Part shown: piece after piece, positions 55,515-64,000 of the stretch
Layout of the letters: the number at the start of each line of letters is the position of its first letter
Numbering within the stretch: the stretch's first letter is position 1
NCBI GenBank assembly: GCA_017466445.1
Contig: JAFTUC010000006.1
Span: 1,451-65,450 of the forward strand
DNA length: 64,000 nt
Reading direction: 5' to 3'
From: Clostridia bacterium
GTDB taxonomy: Bacteria > Bacillota > Clostridia > Oscillospirales > CAG-272
The notes under the pieces: model-generated
Seen by the model: the letters and a program-made list of their open reading frames with translations, nothing else
What the model was told of the DNA's origin: nothing
The model's database searches: none
Translations under genes and position numbers: made by a program

Positions 55515-57686
55515 TCAGTCAACCTTTTTAATGTGGTAGGTCACTGTCGAAAAGTCGCGTGGCGCGAAAGGAACTATGATGCCGAGATTCATAAGAGTCG
55601 AGCCCTTTTTCGTAAGATTGCCTTCGCGAACGAAGTAGGTCGCATCATCATCAAGACCTCTCGGATAGACTCTGATTGCCGCCGCGTTCGGTATGGCAAG
55701 CGGGCGCATAACGGTCACAAGAGCCTTGCTCCTGTCCTTAGAAACGAGCTGCTCGGCAAAAAGATTTTCCTTTTGAGGATCGTTGAGCCTGTAAAGATCT
55801 CCAAAGAGCACGAGATCCTCGATCTCCTTGTAATCGTCGACCTGCGCCTTTATCTCGGCAAGCTCATCGGGATCCATTTTCGTGGTATCGAGCTCATATC
55901 CGGTAGCTCCGAGATGCGCTATGCTCGCGCGCGATGCGTACGGAGTGACCCTTCCGCACTGATGGTTGGGAACCGCCGAAACGTGGCAGGAATGGGTAGA
56001 GAGAGGATAGCACATTGAGGTTCCGTACTGAATAGCGGTACGCAGATATGCGTCCGAGTCGTCGCTCGTCCAGATCTGCGGGAAATAGTAGAGCATCGCG
56101 GGATCGAAGCGGCATCCGCCCGAAGCGCATCCCTCGAAGAAGACATGCGGAAATCCGTTTATAAGCGCCTCGCAGATCTTATAGAAGCCGAGAACGTATC
56201 TGTGGTGAAGCTCCTTACCTCTCTTTCCGAGAGACGCCGAGTGATTATCGGTCATCGTTCGGTTCATATCCCACTTTACGTAATCGATGGCGTTGTTTTT
56301 GAGTATATCCGAAACTACTTTTATGATATAGTCGCAGACCTCGTCTCTTGAGAGATCTAAAATAAGCTGATCACGTCCCGTGCAGGGCTCGAGTCCGGGT
56401 GCGTGGATCGCCCAATCGGGGTGCGCACGGTAGAGATCCGAGTTTGCGTTGACCATTTCGGGCTCAAACCAAAGTCCGAATTTCATACCCTTCTTATGCG
56501 CGTGCTCGATTATCGGGGTGAGTCCATGCGGAAGCTTCTCCATATTGACGAACCAATCGCCGAGTCCCGCGCGGTCGTTAAGGCGCTTTCCGAACCATCC
56601 GTCGTCAAGCACGAAGGTGTCTATCCCGGTTCCCTCGACGCTGTCGATGATAGCGCAGAGCTTCTCTGTATCGAAATTAAAGTAGGTCGCCTCCCAATTG
56701 TTTATTACTATCGGATGGCTCTTTTTAACGAATCTCGGGTTTACGAGGTTTTCTCTGTAGAGATCGTGGAAGGTGCGGCTCATCTTTCCGAGACCCGCAT
56801 CCGAATAGACCATTACCGCCTCGGGGGTAGTGAACATATCGCCCGGCAGAAGCTCCCATGCAAAATCGTGATCGTTTATACCGCCGACGACGCGGAGCTC
56901 ATCATTCTGCTCGACCTGCGCCTTGAAGGCGAAATCTCCGCTGTAAACGAGGTTGTACCCGTACACCTCTCCGCTCTCCTCGGTAGCATTTTTCCTGAGC
57001 ACGGCGAGGAAGGGATTCATCTGTCCCGACGACACGCCTCTTTTACTGTCCACCGTAAATATCCCGTGAGAAAGGGGAGATCTTTCCGCAAAGCGCTCTC
57101 TGAGATGTGCTCCGGGAAGGGCGAGAACATCCCAATTTGCGTCCGGCATATCGACTGCGAAGGAGTAGGCTCTGTCGAGAGTCAGCGCGACGCTTCCGAG
57201 ATTTTTGATCTCGGCGTGGCGAAGGATGACGGGAAGCTCCTCGAAGACCGTGTAGAAAAGCTCCACGCTGACAGAGTTAAGCGAGTCCCAAAGCTCTATA
57301 ACAAGCGTTTCTCCGCCCTTTACCGAGGGCATACCGCAAAGCTCGGGCTTTTTATCAAGTATCCTATGGTTCTTATAGACAAGATCGCTTACTCTCGATC
57401 CGTTTTCAAAGAAGAATGCGAGCATGCTTTCACGGTAGTCGCTTCTTCCGTAAGTCGGGCACTCGTTCATATAGACGTTGAGAGACTCATATCTCGGTCT
57501 TCCCGCGATATTACTTCCGTGCCCCCTGTCAACAAGATAGACGCTATACGTAAGATCCTCTCTTGCTATCCTTTTTCCGTAGTAAAGATGATTAAGAAAG
57601 CCGTTTTCATTTATTCTGAAGACATAGCTCGTATCCTTGCTCTCAAGGTAAAAGGTCTTCAGCGCCTCATCAAAAAATATTGCCAT
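55515..57686 (-). CDS. Alpha-galactosidase, GH36
   Basis: 723 aa. GIDTFVLDDGWF and the catalytic region YVKWDMNR, with the typical GH36 length. Confidence 0.9.
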   Translation of the reverse strand: MAIFFDEALKTFYLESKDTSYVFRINENGFLNHLYYGKRIAREDLTYSVYLVDRGHGSNIAGRPRYESLNVYMNECPTYGRSDYRESMLAFFFENGSRVSDLVYKNHRILDKKPELCGMPSVKGGETLVIELWDSLNSVSVELFYTVFEELPVILRHAEIKNLGSVALTLDRAYSFAVDMPDANWDVLALPGAHLRERFAERSPLSHGIFTVDSKRGVSSGQMNPFLAVLRKNATEESGEVYGYNLVYSGDFAFKAQVEQNDELRVVGGINDHDFAWELLPGDMFTTPEAVMVYSDAGLGKMSRTFHDLYRENLVNPRFVKKSHPIVINNWEATYFNFDTEKLCAIIDSVEGTGIDTFVLDDGWFGKRLNDRAGLGDWFVNMEKLPHGLTPIIEHAHKKGMKFGLWFEPEMVNANSDLYRAHPDWAIHAPGLEPCTGRDQLILDLSRDEVCDYIIKVVSDILKNNAIDYVKWDMNRTMTDNHSASLGKRGKELHHRYVLGFYKICEALINGFPHVFFEGCASGGCRFDPAMLYYFPQIWTSDDSDAYLRTAIQYGTSMCYPLSTHSCHVSAVPNHQCGRVTPYASRASIAHLGATGYELDTTKMDPDELAEIKAQVDDYKEIEDLVLFGDLYRLNDPQKENLFAEQLVSKDRSKALVTVMRPLAIPNAAAIRVYPRGLDDDATYFVREGNLTKKGSTLMNLGIIVPFAPRDFSTVTYHIKKVD

Positions 57687-57713
57687 TTTCTATTCCTCCA
57701 AATCAGGCTTATT

Positions 57714-58856
57714 TTAAAATTCCTCCGAATAGGTTCCGAGATAGCGAAGCTCCTCGCATTCGCCCTGAAGCTCGGCAAGAAGGGTCGGAAGCTCGGGAGA
57801 ATATGCCGAAATATCGGCATCAAGATAGAACATTATCTGGAAATCCTTGTCGGGAAGAGGTCTCGACTCGAGCTTTCTCATATTTATTCCGCAGGCATTC
57901 AGCTTGGAAAGTATGCGGTAGAGCGATCCCGGTCTCTGCGATATTACCATCATAAAGCTCGTGCGATCGGCTCCCGGATATATCTCAAGCTCCTTTGAGA
58001 TACAGATAAATCTCGTATAGTTCGCGCCCCTGTCCTGTACCGAGGAGGCAAGGCACTCGAGTCCGTAAATATCTCCGCACGCACGTGAGGAGAGCGCTCC
58101 GAGATCATGCCTTCCCGATCTCTTGACCGTCTCGGCGGCGATCGCTGTATTTAAAACGGGAGTCGCGCGCACGTTTTGAAGCGAGGCTATATAGTCTGCC
58201 GACTGAGAGAGCGCCTGCTCGTGCGAGACTATCTCACGTATGTCGGAAAGCTTCGTTCCCGGGAGCGCGAAAAGATTGTGCTCTATGCGTATGCGCATTG
58301 AGCGCACGATGTAAAATTTGTGCGTCCTCATAAGATCATAGACCTTATTTACCGATCCCGCCGTACTGTTTTCTACCGGAAGCACGGCGTATTTGCACTT
58401 TCCCTCGTCAAGCGCGGTAAAGACATCCTCGAAGGTATTATAGTAGCTTATCGATGGCAGCCTGAAGAGACCCTCGGCAGCGATCTGCGAATACGCGCCC
58501 TCAACTCCCTGGCAGGCTACGCTCGCCCTCTCGGGAAAGAGCTTTCCCGTCTGCTCTCGCGAGTCTGATATCTCGCTATAGAGCGAGGTCGCGATCCCGA
58601 GCTTTTTGTCTTGATAAGCCCTGGAGGTCGCGAGGATGCTTTCGTAAAGCACGCGCGCATACCTTTCAAGCTCATCTCCCGCAAGATCGCTTATCTTATC
58701 GAGCAGCTCCCTTTCTCTTTTATGATCGAGCACGGGAAGTCCGTTCTCTCTTTTATAATCCGCGACCTGAGAGGAGACCGCCATACGCTCTGCGTAAAGT
58801 CTTACTATCTCCTTATCTATACCGTCTATTTTATTTCTAAGTTCCTTTATATCCAT
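57714..58856 (-). CDS. pheA: Bifunctional chorismate mutase / prephenate dehydratase
   Basis: 380 aa. The CM_2 N-terminus is LRNKIDGIDKEIVRLYAERM. The PDT domain (ENSTAGSV) and a C-terminal ACT domain are present. Confidence 0.9.
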   Translation of the reverse strand: MDIKELRNKIDGIDKEIVRLYAERMAVSSQVADYKRENGLPVLDHKRERELLDKISDLAGDELERYARVLYESILATSRAYQDKKLGIATSLYSEISDSREQTGKLFPERASVACQGVEGAYSQIAAEGLFRLPSISYYNTFEDVFTALDEGKCKYAVLPVENSTAGSVNKVYDLMRTHKFYIVRSMRIRIEHNLFALPGTKLSDIREIVSHEQALSQSADYIASLQNVRATPVLNTAIAAETVKRSGRHDLGALSSRACGDIYGLECLASSVQDRGANYTRFICISKELEIYPGADRTSFMMVISQRPGSLYRILSKLNACGINMRKLESRPLPDKDFQIMFYLDADISAYSPELPTLLAELQGECEELRYLGTYSEEF

Positions 58857-58871
58857 TTTTTCTCCTGCAAA

Positions 58872-61022
58872 TCAGACAATATGTATTCTTTCAAGCGCCG
58901 AAACGAGCTCCTTGATATCGCATCCGTGCAGATATCCTCTGTCGGACACCGTGATCTCGATCCCGCCGTCCGTTTTATCGATCGTAAGCCGCTCTCCTCC
59001 GAGTTCTCTTTCGTACGTAAGATCTCCCGAGATCGGAAGAAATACTCTGTCGCTTCCCTTTGTGTGCCATACGGACGCGTATGCCTTTCCCGCGCGCTCG
59101 AAGATATAGGCGCATATCGGAAGGCTTTCGGATACGCCCTCCGGAAGTATCCTTTGACACTTGACGAGCTCGTAATCGCCACTCTCGTTTACAAGGAGGG
59201 TAAATTCCCGCTCGCTATCCTTCAAAAGTGCCTTTTGCTCATCGCTAAGCCATTTTTTCCGTCTGACGTCCTCCCATCTGCGGTACACCTCAAGGTTGTC
59301 CGCGGTGCGGGGATTTGTGTCGAGAGCTCCGAGCGAGATCTGTACGGCGACCGGGCAGTCGCACGCTGCCGCCTTACTCGTTCCGTACTCAATGATATCG
59401 GGCATCGTATCCTCACGGTACGCCCACCATCCGAAATTTATTCGGGTCATATCGTTTCTCATGCGCTCTATCTCCTCAAGAGGATGCTTTGCTATCATCT
59501 TCTTGAAGATATCGGTAGGGAATATATCAAACGCGTTTCCGCCGCTGAGCATATGCCAGGAAAAATGCGCCTTTGCGGCACCCTCGCAAAATCTCGGGCT
59601 CCGTCCGAACCTTTTGTACACTCTGTACTGTGCCATCGGAACGTATATCTCAAACGGGGGATTCGTACCCTCAGAGCCGTCAAAATAAGCAAACTCAAAG
59701 CCTGCGTTATACGCTTTTGCGATCTTCTCCGCTACCTCGTCGGCAAGAGACGTATCCTGATCGAGATATATGCTTGTCGCGCCGTATTCGCTGATATCGG
59801 GTATTCCGCCGATCGTTCCCATCTCATGCTCTGTTATATCGGTGCCGAAACATCCTCTCTCGCAGCCGAGGAAGGCGTACGGCGGCTCGGTTGTATAGCT
59901 TTCGTATCGTATCATCTCGCCACCAAACTGCAAAACTCGGCAATTCGGATGCATAACGGTACCCTCGGTGCTCTGCTCAACGTAGAGAGTCGTGTCATCC
60001 CTTCCGAGCGCTTTCGCGAGAGTAAAATGACGCACAAGGCGAAGTCTGTGGTCGGCTCTCGGAGTGACGTATCTGCTCTTTATTCCGATATGGGTCTGAA
60101 GAACGTGCAGACCGGGTATTATTCCCGCCGCCTTTATCTTCGCTATAGCCGCCCGGACACTCTCGTATCCGTCGGGATAATCATTGTTAAAATCGTAATT
60201 TCCGCAAAGAGTGTATCCCTCTCCCTCGCAAAACAGGGCGGTATAGTAGACGAGCATAAATTCAAAGCCACCCTGAAGTGCGCGCTCTATATGCTTATCT
60301 ATCTCATCGGGCGCGAGGGTGGGAGTCCAGTAGACCGATCTGTTTATATCGTCCGAACGTCTGCTCTCAACTCCGAGAGGCAATGAATTTTCTCTCTCAA
60401 ACGAGTCCATAGCGTCAAGGAACGCCTCTTTTCCGGGAGAGACTATAAGACTTGCGGCGCATCCCTTAAGACGTATGCCCCTGATAGCGTCTGCCTTCAT
60501 GATATAAAATCCGTCCCTCTCCTCGGCATCCACACGGGCGTACGGAGAGTCTGCGGTAACGCAGACGGCAGTCTTATCATCCCAGACGATATTAAGCCAC
60601 TCGCCGAATCTTTCTCTTTTCTTTATCGGAAGCTGAAGAAGACAAAATTCGGAAACGGGAGGAGGGGTCATCGACAGATCGGGAAAATCGTCGGGACCTA
60701 CGATAAAATCCTCAAGCCTGAAGGTCACGTAAGTAGGCCTTTCAATGATCGACACCTCCGCCTTGAATCCCACCTTTTCAAATCCGACCGTGAGTCGGTC
60801 ACCTCTGCGCGAGAGCGAATTTGCCTTGAAGACGGTGCGTTTATTCGGATGCGCAAGCTTTATCTCATTGTTGTACGGGCGCTCCTCGGTCAGCGAAAAG
60901 AGGGGAATATTTGCGTTTTCATAAAGAAGCTCCTCTCCCGAGCGCTTACAAATCAGGCTTTTCGGTACGCAGTCATCACCGACAGTGAGCCTCAGAAGCT
61001 CATTTTCAATTATCACGTTCAT
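58872..61022 (-). CDS. Large cytoplasmic hypothetical protein, possibly a TIM-barrel glycoside-hydrolase-like enzyme
   Basis: 716-aa ORF with an AGGAG-type RBS, tightly packed between the HAD and pheA genes. I recognise no diagnostic motif. Confidence 0.5.
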   Translation of the reverse strand: MNVIIENELLRLTVGDDCVPKSLICKRSGEELLYENANIPLFSLTEERPYNNEIKLAHPNKRTVFKANSLSRRGDRLTVGFEKVGFKAEVSIIERPTYVTFRLEDFIVGPDDFPDLSMTPPPVSEFCLLQLPIKKRERFGEWLNIVWDDKTAVCVTADSPYARVDAEERDGFYIMKADAIRGIRLKGCAASLIVSPGKEAFLDAMDSFERENSLPLGVESRRSDDINRSVYWTPTLAPDEIDKHIERALQGGFEFMLVYYTALFCEGEGYTLCGNYDFNNDYPDGYESVRAAIAKIKAAGIIPGLHVLQTHIGIKSRYVTPRADHRLRLVRHFTLAKALGRDDTTLYVEQSTEGTVMHPNCRVLQFGGEMIRYESYTTEPPYAFLGCERGCFGTDITEHEMGTIGGIPDISEYGATSIYLDQDTSLADEVAEKIAKAYNAGFEFAYFDGSEGTNPPFEIYVPMAQYRVYKRFGRSPRFCEGAAKAHFSWHMLSGGNAFDIFPTDIFKKMIAKHPLEEIERMRNDMTRINFGWWAYREDTMPDIIEYGTSKAAACDCPVAVQISLGALDTNPRTADNLEVYRRWEDVRRKKWLSDEQKALLKDSEREFTLLVNESGDYELVKCQRILPEGVSESLPICAYIFERAGKAYASVWHTKGSDRVFLPISGDLTYERELGGERLTIDKTDGGIEITVSDRGYLHGCDIKELVSALERIHIV

Positions 61023-61049
61023 TTCACACCTCTGCTATAATCACTCGAA

Positions 61050-61685
61050 TTAAAGGAGCTCGGAAAAATCGTAGATATATCTGTCGCATATCGACTTCAT
61101 CTCGTCGATATATTCCCTCGAGCTGTCGTCGTAGATCCCGTACACTGTCATTCCCGTCGATTTTGCGGTGCGGTCTGCCTCGGGATTATCGTCGATAAAA
61201 ATTATTTCGGATACGTCCTTTCCGAGCCTTTTCGCCGCCATTTCGTATATTTTCGGATCGGCCTTCGTCGTGGAAAAATCGTCGCACGACCAGACGTTAT
61301 TTACGAGCTTATCGAGTCCGAGCCTTTTCACGCAGGGATCGAGCGTCAGATGCGGACTTGCGGTGAGGATATTAAGATCGCATCCTCTCTCTTTAAGAGC
61401 CGCAAGCGTTTCAACAACCTTCTTTTTAGCGGGCACCGTTTCTGAATATACCTTAAAAAGCTTATCTCCGAGATCCCGGGCAAGCTCCTCTATAGTAAGA
61501 GGCACCCCTAGCGAGATGAAATATTTCGCCGTTCCCATAAATCCGAGCGGAGTTATTATCTTGAGTATATCGTCTCCGTACTCTATACCGTGCTCGTCAA
61601 GGACAGAGACCATCGCCTTACCGTAATAGGGCATCGAATCGACGAGCGTTCCGTCAAAATCAAATATATAAGTGTTCATTTTCAC
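61050..61685 (-). CDS. HAD superfamily hydrolase (phosphatase)
   Basis: 211 aa. Motif I is YIFDFDGTLVDS. The C-terminal DD motif is FIDDN. Confidence 0.88.
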   Translation of the reverse strand: MKMNTYIFDFDGTLVDSMPYYGKAMVSVLDEHGIEYGDDILKIITPLGFMGTAKYFISLGVPLTIEELARDLGDKLFKVYSETVPAKKKVVETLAALKERGCDLNILTASPHLTLDPCVKRLGLDKLVNNVWSCDDFSTTKADPKIYEMAAKRLGKDVSEIIFIDDNPEADRTAKSTGMTVYGIYDDSSREYIDEMKSICDRYIYDFSELL

Positions 61686-61702
61686 CTCAAAGAGATTTTC
61701 CT

Positions 61703-62647
61703 TTAATTTACCCTGTTTTTGGGCATTCCTGCAAGGAATGCCTTCAGATTTTCCTCAACTATGCCTATAAGCCTGCGTCTTGTCTCGATCGGGATCCATG
61801 CGGTGTGCGGAGTCACGGTAAGATTTTTCGCTCCGATGAGCGGACAGTCGCTGCGCATCGGCTCGGTCGTGAGAACGTCGAGCGCGGCGCCCGAAAGCTT
61901 GCCTCTGTTAAGCGCGTCCGCAAGCGCTCTCTCGTCCACCACTCCACCACGCGAGGTGTTGACGAAAAAGGCACCGTCACGGCATTTTTCAAACGCTTTT
62001 GCGTCAAAGAGATTTGCGGTCTTATCGGTCAGCGGACAGTGCGCACTGATATAGTCCGACCGCTTAAGAAGCTCATCAAAGCTGACAAACTCCACCCTGC
62101 CGTCATTTTTCGGGGTTCTCGTGCTGACAATCACCTTCATACCGAAGGCGAGCGCGATATCGGCAACCGCGCGTCCTATACTTCCGTATCCGATGATTCC
62201 GAGCGTTTTTTCATACAGCTCGCAGGTGGAAAACTCGAACGAGGAGAAGAGAGGCGAGCGTATCCATCCCCCCTCCGCTACGAAGTCGGAAAATTCGGCA
62301 ACTCTGCTTGCCTGCCTCAGTATAAGAGCGAAGGTGTGCTGAGCGACGGCGTAGGTCGAATACTGACCGGCGTTACAAACCGCTATACCGCGCTCTCTCG
62401 CATACTCGATATCGATATTGTTATATCCGGTCGCAAAAAGCAGGATGCACTTAAGCTCGCTTGCGCAGTCGATCTCCCTTTTCCCTATAAGAGTTTTATT
62501 GCATATCACTATCTGCGCGTCCCGTATGCGATCGCAGACCTCGTCCTTTGAGGTATGACCGTACGCGACGGTCTCTCCGAGTGCCTTTATTGCCGATATA
62601 TCGGCATTTGTTCCAAGTGTTGAAAGATCGGTTATTACTATCTTCAT
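61703..62647 (-). CDS. D-isomer-specific 2-hydroxyacid dehydrogenase (glycerate dehydrogenase-like)
   Basis: MKIVITDLSTLG.. with the NAD motif GIIGYGSIGRAVA and the catalytic region TPHTAW. I reject the track extension to 62779. Confidence 0.88.
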   Translation of the reverse strand: MKIVITDLSTLGTNADISAIKALGETVAYGHTSKDEVCDRIRDAQIVICNKTLIGKREIDCASELKCILLFATGYNNIDIEYARERGIAVCNAGQYSTYAVAQHTFALILRQASRVAEFSDFVAEGGWIRSPLFSSFEFSTCELYEKTLGIIGYGSIGRAVADIALAFGMKVIVSTRTPKNDGRVEFVSFDELLKRSDYISAHCPLTDKTANLFDAKAFEKCRDGAFFVNTSRGGVVDERALADALNRGKLSGAALDVLTTEPMRSDCPLIGAKNLTVTPHTAWIPIETRRRLIGIVEENLKAFLAGMPKNRVN

Positions 62648-62911
62648 TTCATAAATTCCTTTAGAAAAATCGTTACTTAGGTATTTTATCACAGTTTTTT
62701 TAAAAAGTCTACCTCTCTTTTCAAGAAAAGCTCTCACAAAGCAAAATTTTTGTACGCAAAATACACAAAATACAAACAAAAAAAGCTCTCTTTTGCTACG
62801 AAGAAGAGATTTTGACGAAATTTAAAAAAATTTATCGAAACATGTTCACAAAACAAAAAAAGTGTGGTAAAATAAGCATACGGATCTAAAAATACTTTTT
62901 TCGGAGGAATT

Positions 62912-64000
62912 ATGTCAAACGAATTGTACGGTCAGCTCAGCGTTATAACCATGCGCGGAGGCGAGGATTTCGCAAAACAGGTAGACAGTTATCTTATGGG
63001 ATGGAGAAGCTCGGTCAACAGCTTTGTGGTTGACGCTGAGTGCCCCCGTTTCGGAAGCGGTGAGGGAAAGGGCTTCCTTCACGAATCTCTCAGAGGACAC
63101 GACGTCTTCATCATCTGTGACGTTTTCAATCACGGTGCCACCTACAAGATGTACGGAAAGACCGTACCTATGAGTCCCGACGATCATTTTCAGGACCTTA
63201 AGAGAGTCATCGGAAGTATCGCGGGCAAGGCGAGAAGGATTTCGGTAATCATGCCGATGCTCTACGAGGGAAGACAGCACAAGCGCTCCTCGAGAGAGTC
63301 TCTCGACTGTGCTATGGCTCTTCAGGAGCTCGTACGCATGGGTGTTACCAACATTCTCACCTTTGATGCGCACGACCCCAGAGTGCAGAACGCTATCCCG
63401 CTTTGCGGCTTTGACGATATCCGTCCTACCTATCAGATGATCAAGGCGTTCATAAAGGACATCCCCGAGCTTTCTCTCAACGAAAACGATATCGCCATCG
63501 TATCTCCCGACGAAGGCGGCATGAACCGAGCTATGTACTATTCCTCGGTCCTCAAGCTCGATCTCGGTATGTTCTACAAGAGACGCGACTACACCACCAT
63601 AATCAACGGAAGAAACCCGATCGTTGCTCACGAGTATCTCGGACGTGACGTAAAGGGCAAGGATATAATCGTCGTTGACGATATGATCTCCTCGGGCGAC
63701 TCGATAATCGAGGTCGCCACCCACCTTAAGAAGATGGGCGCCAAGAGGATCTTCGTATTCGCCACCTTCGGTCTCTTCTGCAACGGATTCGAGACCTTTG
63801 ACAAGGCTTTCGAAAACGGCGACATCACACGTATCTTCACCACCAACCTGATCTACCGTCCCGAGGAGCTCAAGGCTAAGCCCTGGTACCGCGAGGTCAA
63901 TATGTGCAAGTACGTTTCGCTCCTTATCGACACTCTCAACCACGACGAGTCGATAAGCTCTATACTTAACCCCGTAAAGAAGATCCACGCTTACGTAGAT
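62912..64000 (+). CDS. prs: Ribose-phosphate diphosphokinase (PRPP synthetase), 3' end beyond the window
   Basis: My own translation from the ATG at 62912, after a GGAGG RBS, gives MSNELYGQLSVITMRGGEDFAK..ISVIMPMLYEGRQHKR..VVDDMISSGDS. The frame stays open to the window end, so it is absent from the ORF track. Confidence 0.85.
   Translation, partial: MSNELYGQLSVITMRGGEDFAKQVDSYLMGWRSSVNSFVVDAECPRFGSGEGKGFLHESLRGHDVFIICDVFNHGATYKMYGKTVPMSPDDHFQDLKRVIGSIAGKARRISVIMPMLYEGRQHKRSSRESLDCAMALQELVRMGVTNILTFDAHDPRVQNAIPLCGFDDIRPTYQMIKAFIKDIPELSLNENDIAIVSPDEGGMNRAMYYSSVLKLDLGMFYKRRDYTTIINGRNPIVAHEYLGRDVKGKDIIVVDDMISSGDSIIEVATHLKKMGAKRIFVFATFGLFCNGFETFDKAFENGDITRIFTTNLIYRPEELKAKPWYREVNMCKYVSLLIDTLNHDESISSILNPVKKIHAYVD

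Noticed and set aside
53960-60386. Plus-strand ORFs 53960-54880, 54318-54908, 56403-57998 (531 aa) and 58611-60386 (591 aa)
   Set aside because: They are antisense to rimO/recX, the GH36 alpha-galactosidase, and pheA plus the 716-aa protein. They have low-complexity Arg/Leu/Ser composition and no motifs.
62915-63988. 357-aa minus-strand ORF near the window end
   Set aside because: The plus strand encodes PRPP synthetase from 62912 with a GGAGG RBS and the PRPP-binding motif VVDDMISSGDS. The minus ORF is its shadow.

Overview
Chromosomal window from a Clostridia-type Firmicute. By eye it is roughly 50 percent GC with a ctc/gag/aag-rich codon style, so probably an Oscillospiraceae/Ruminococcaceae-like gut anaerobe; this taxonomy is inference only.

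Most of the window is housekeeping:
- An arginine supercluster: argG, an amino-acid ABC transporter, argC, then argJ, argB-argD and argF.
- Citrate synthase, thiI, nadE, alaS and rpsO-pnp.
- A long minus-strand run: 2-hydroxyacid dehydrogenase, HAD hydrolase, an unknown 716-aa protein, pheA, a GH36 alpha-galactosidase, recX, rimO, pgsA, holA, a Toprim/RNase M5-like protein, nrdR, a TSCPD protein and a phosphosugar mutase.
- A YtrA-type GntR/ABC/lipoprotein operon, an OmpR-type two-component operon, and a CotH-LTD lipoprotein.
- Partial genes at both edges that the ORF track misses: a SulP permease (minus strand, 1-1224) and prs (plus strand, 62912 to the window end).
- Three cytoplasmic BNR/Asp-box (sialidase-superfamily) propeller proteins in two AraC-linked loci.

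I saw no rRNA, tRNA, CRISPR array, transposase, integrase or phage genes. Many long ORFs in the track are antisense shadows of real genes.

The most interesting signals are:
1. A 2,245-bp AT-rich single-gene cassette (5275-7519) sits at the 3' end of an aldolase gene and is bounded by a perfect 61-bp direct duplication. It encodes a 699-aa protein with eight ~70-aa zinc-ribbon modules flanking a PD-(D/E)xK nuclease core. This looks like a candidate selfish or homing-type element with a modular DNA-recognition array.
2. An AT-rich, transcriptionally self-contained single-gene cassette lies between alaS and a TPR gene, flanked by ~46-bp inverted repeats.
3. A circularly permuted type-3 solute-binding protein is encoded inside the ArgR-box-controlled argG operon.
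4. Several repeats and scars: a 12-bp x7 tandem repeat, a 9-bp ATG-containing repeat at the recX start, a homopolymer frameshift, and a truncated hydrolase gene.
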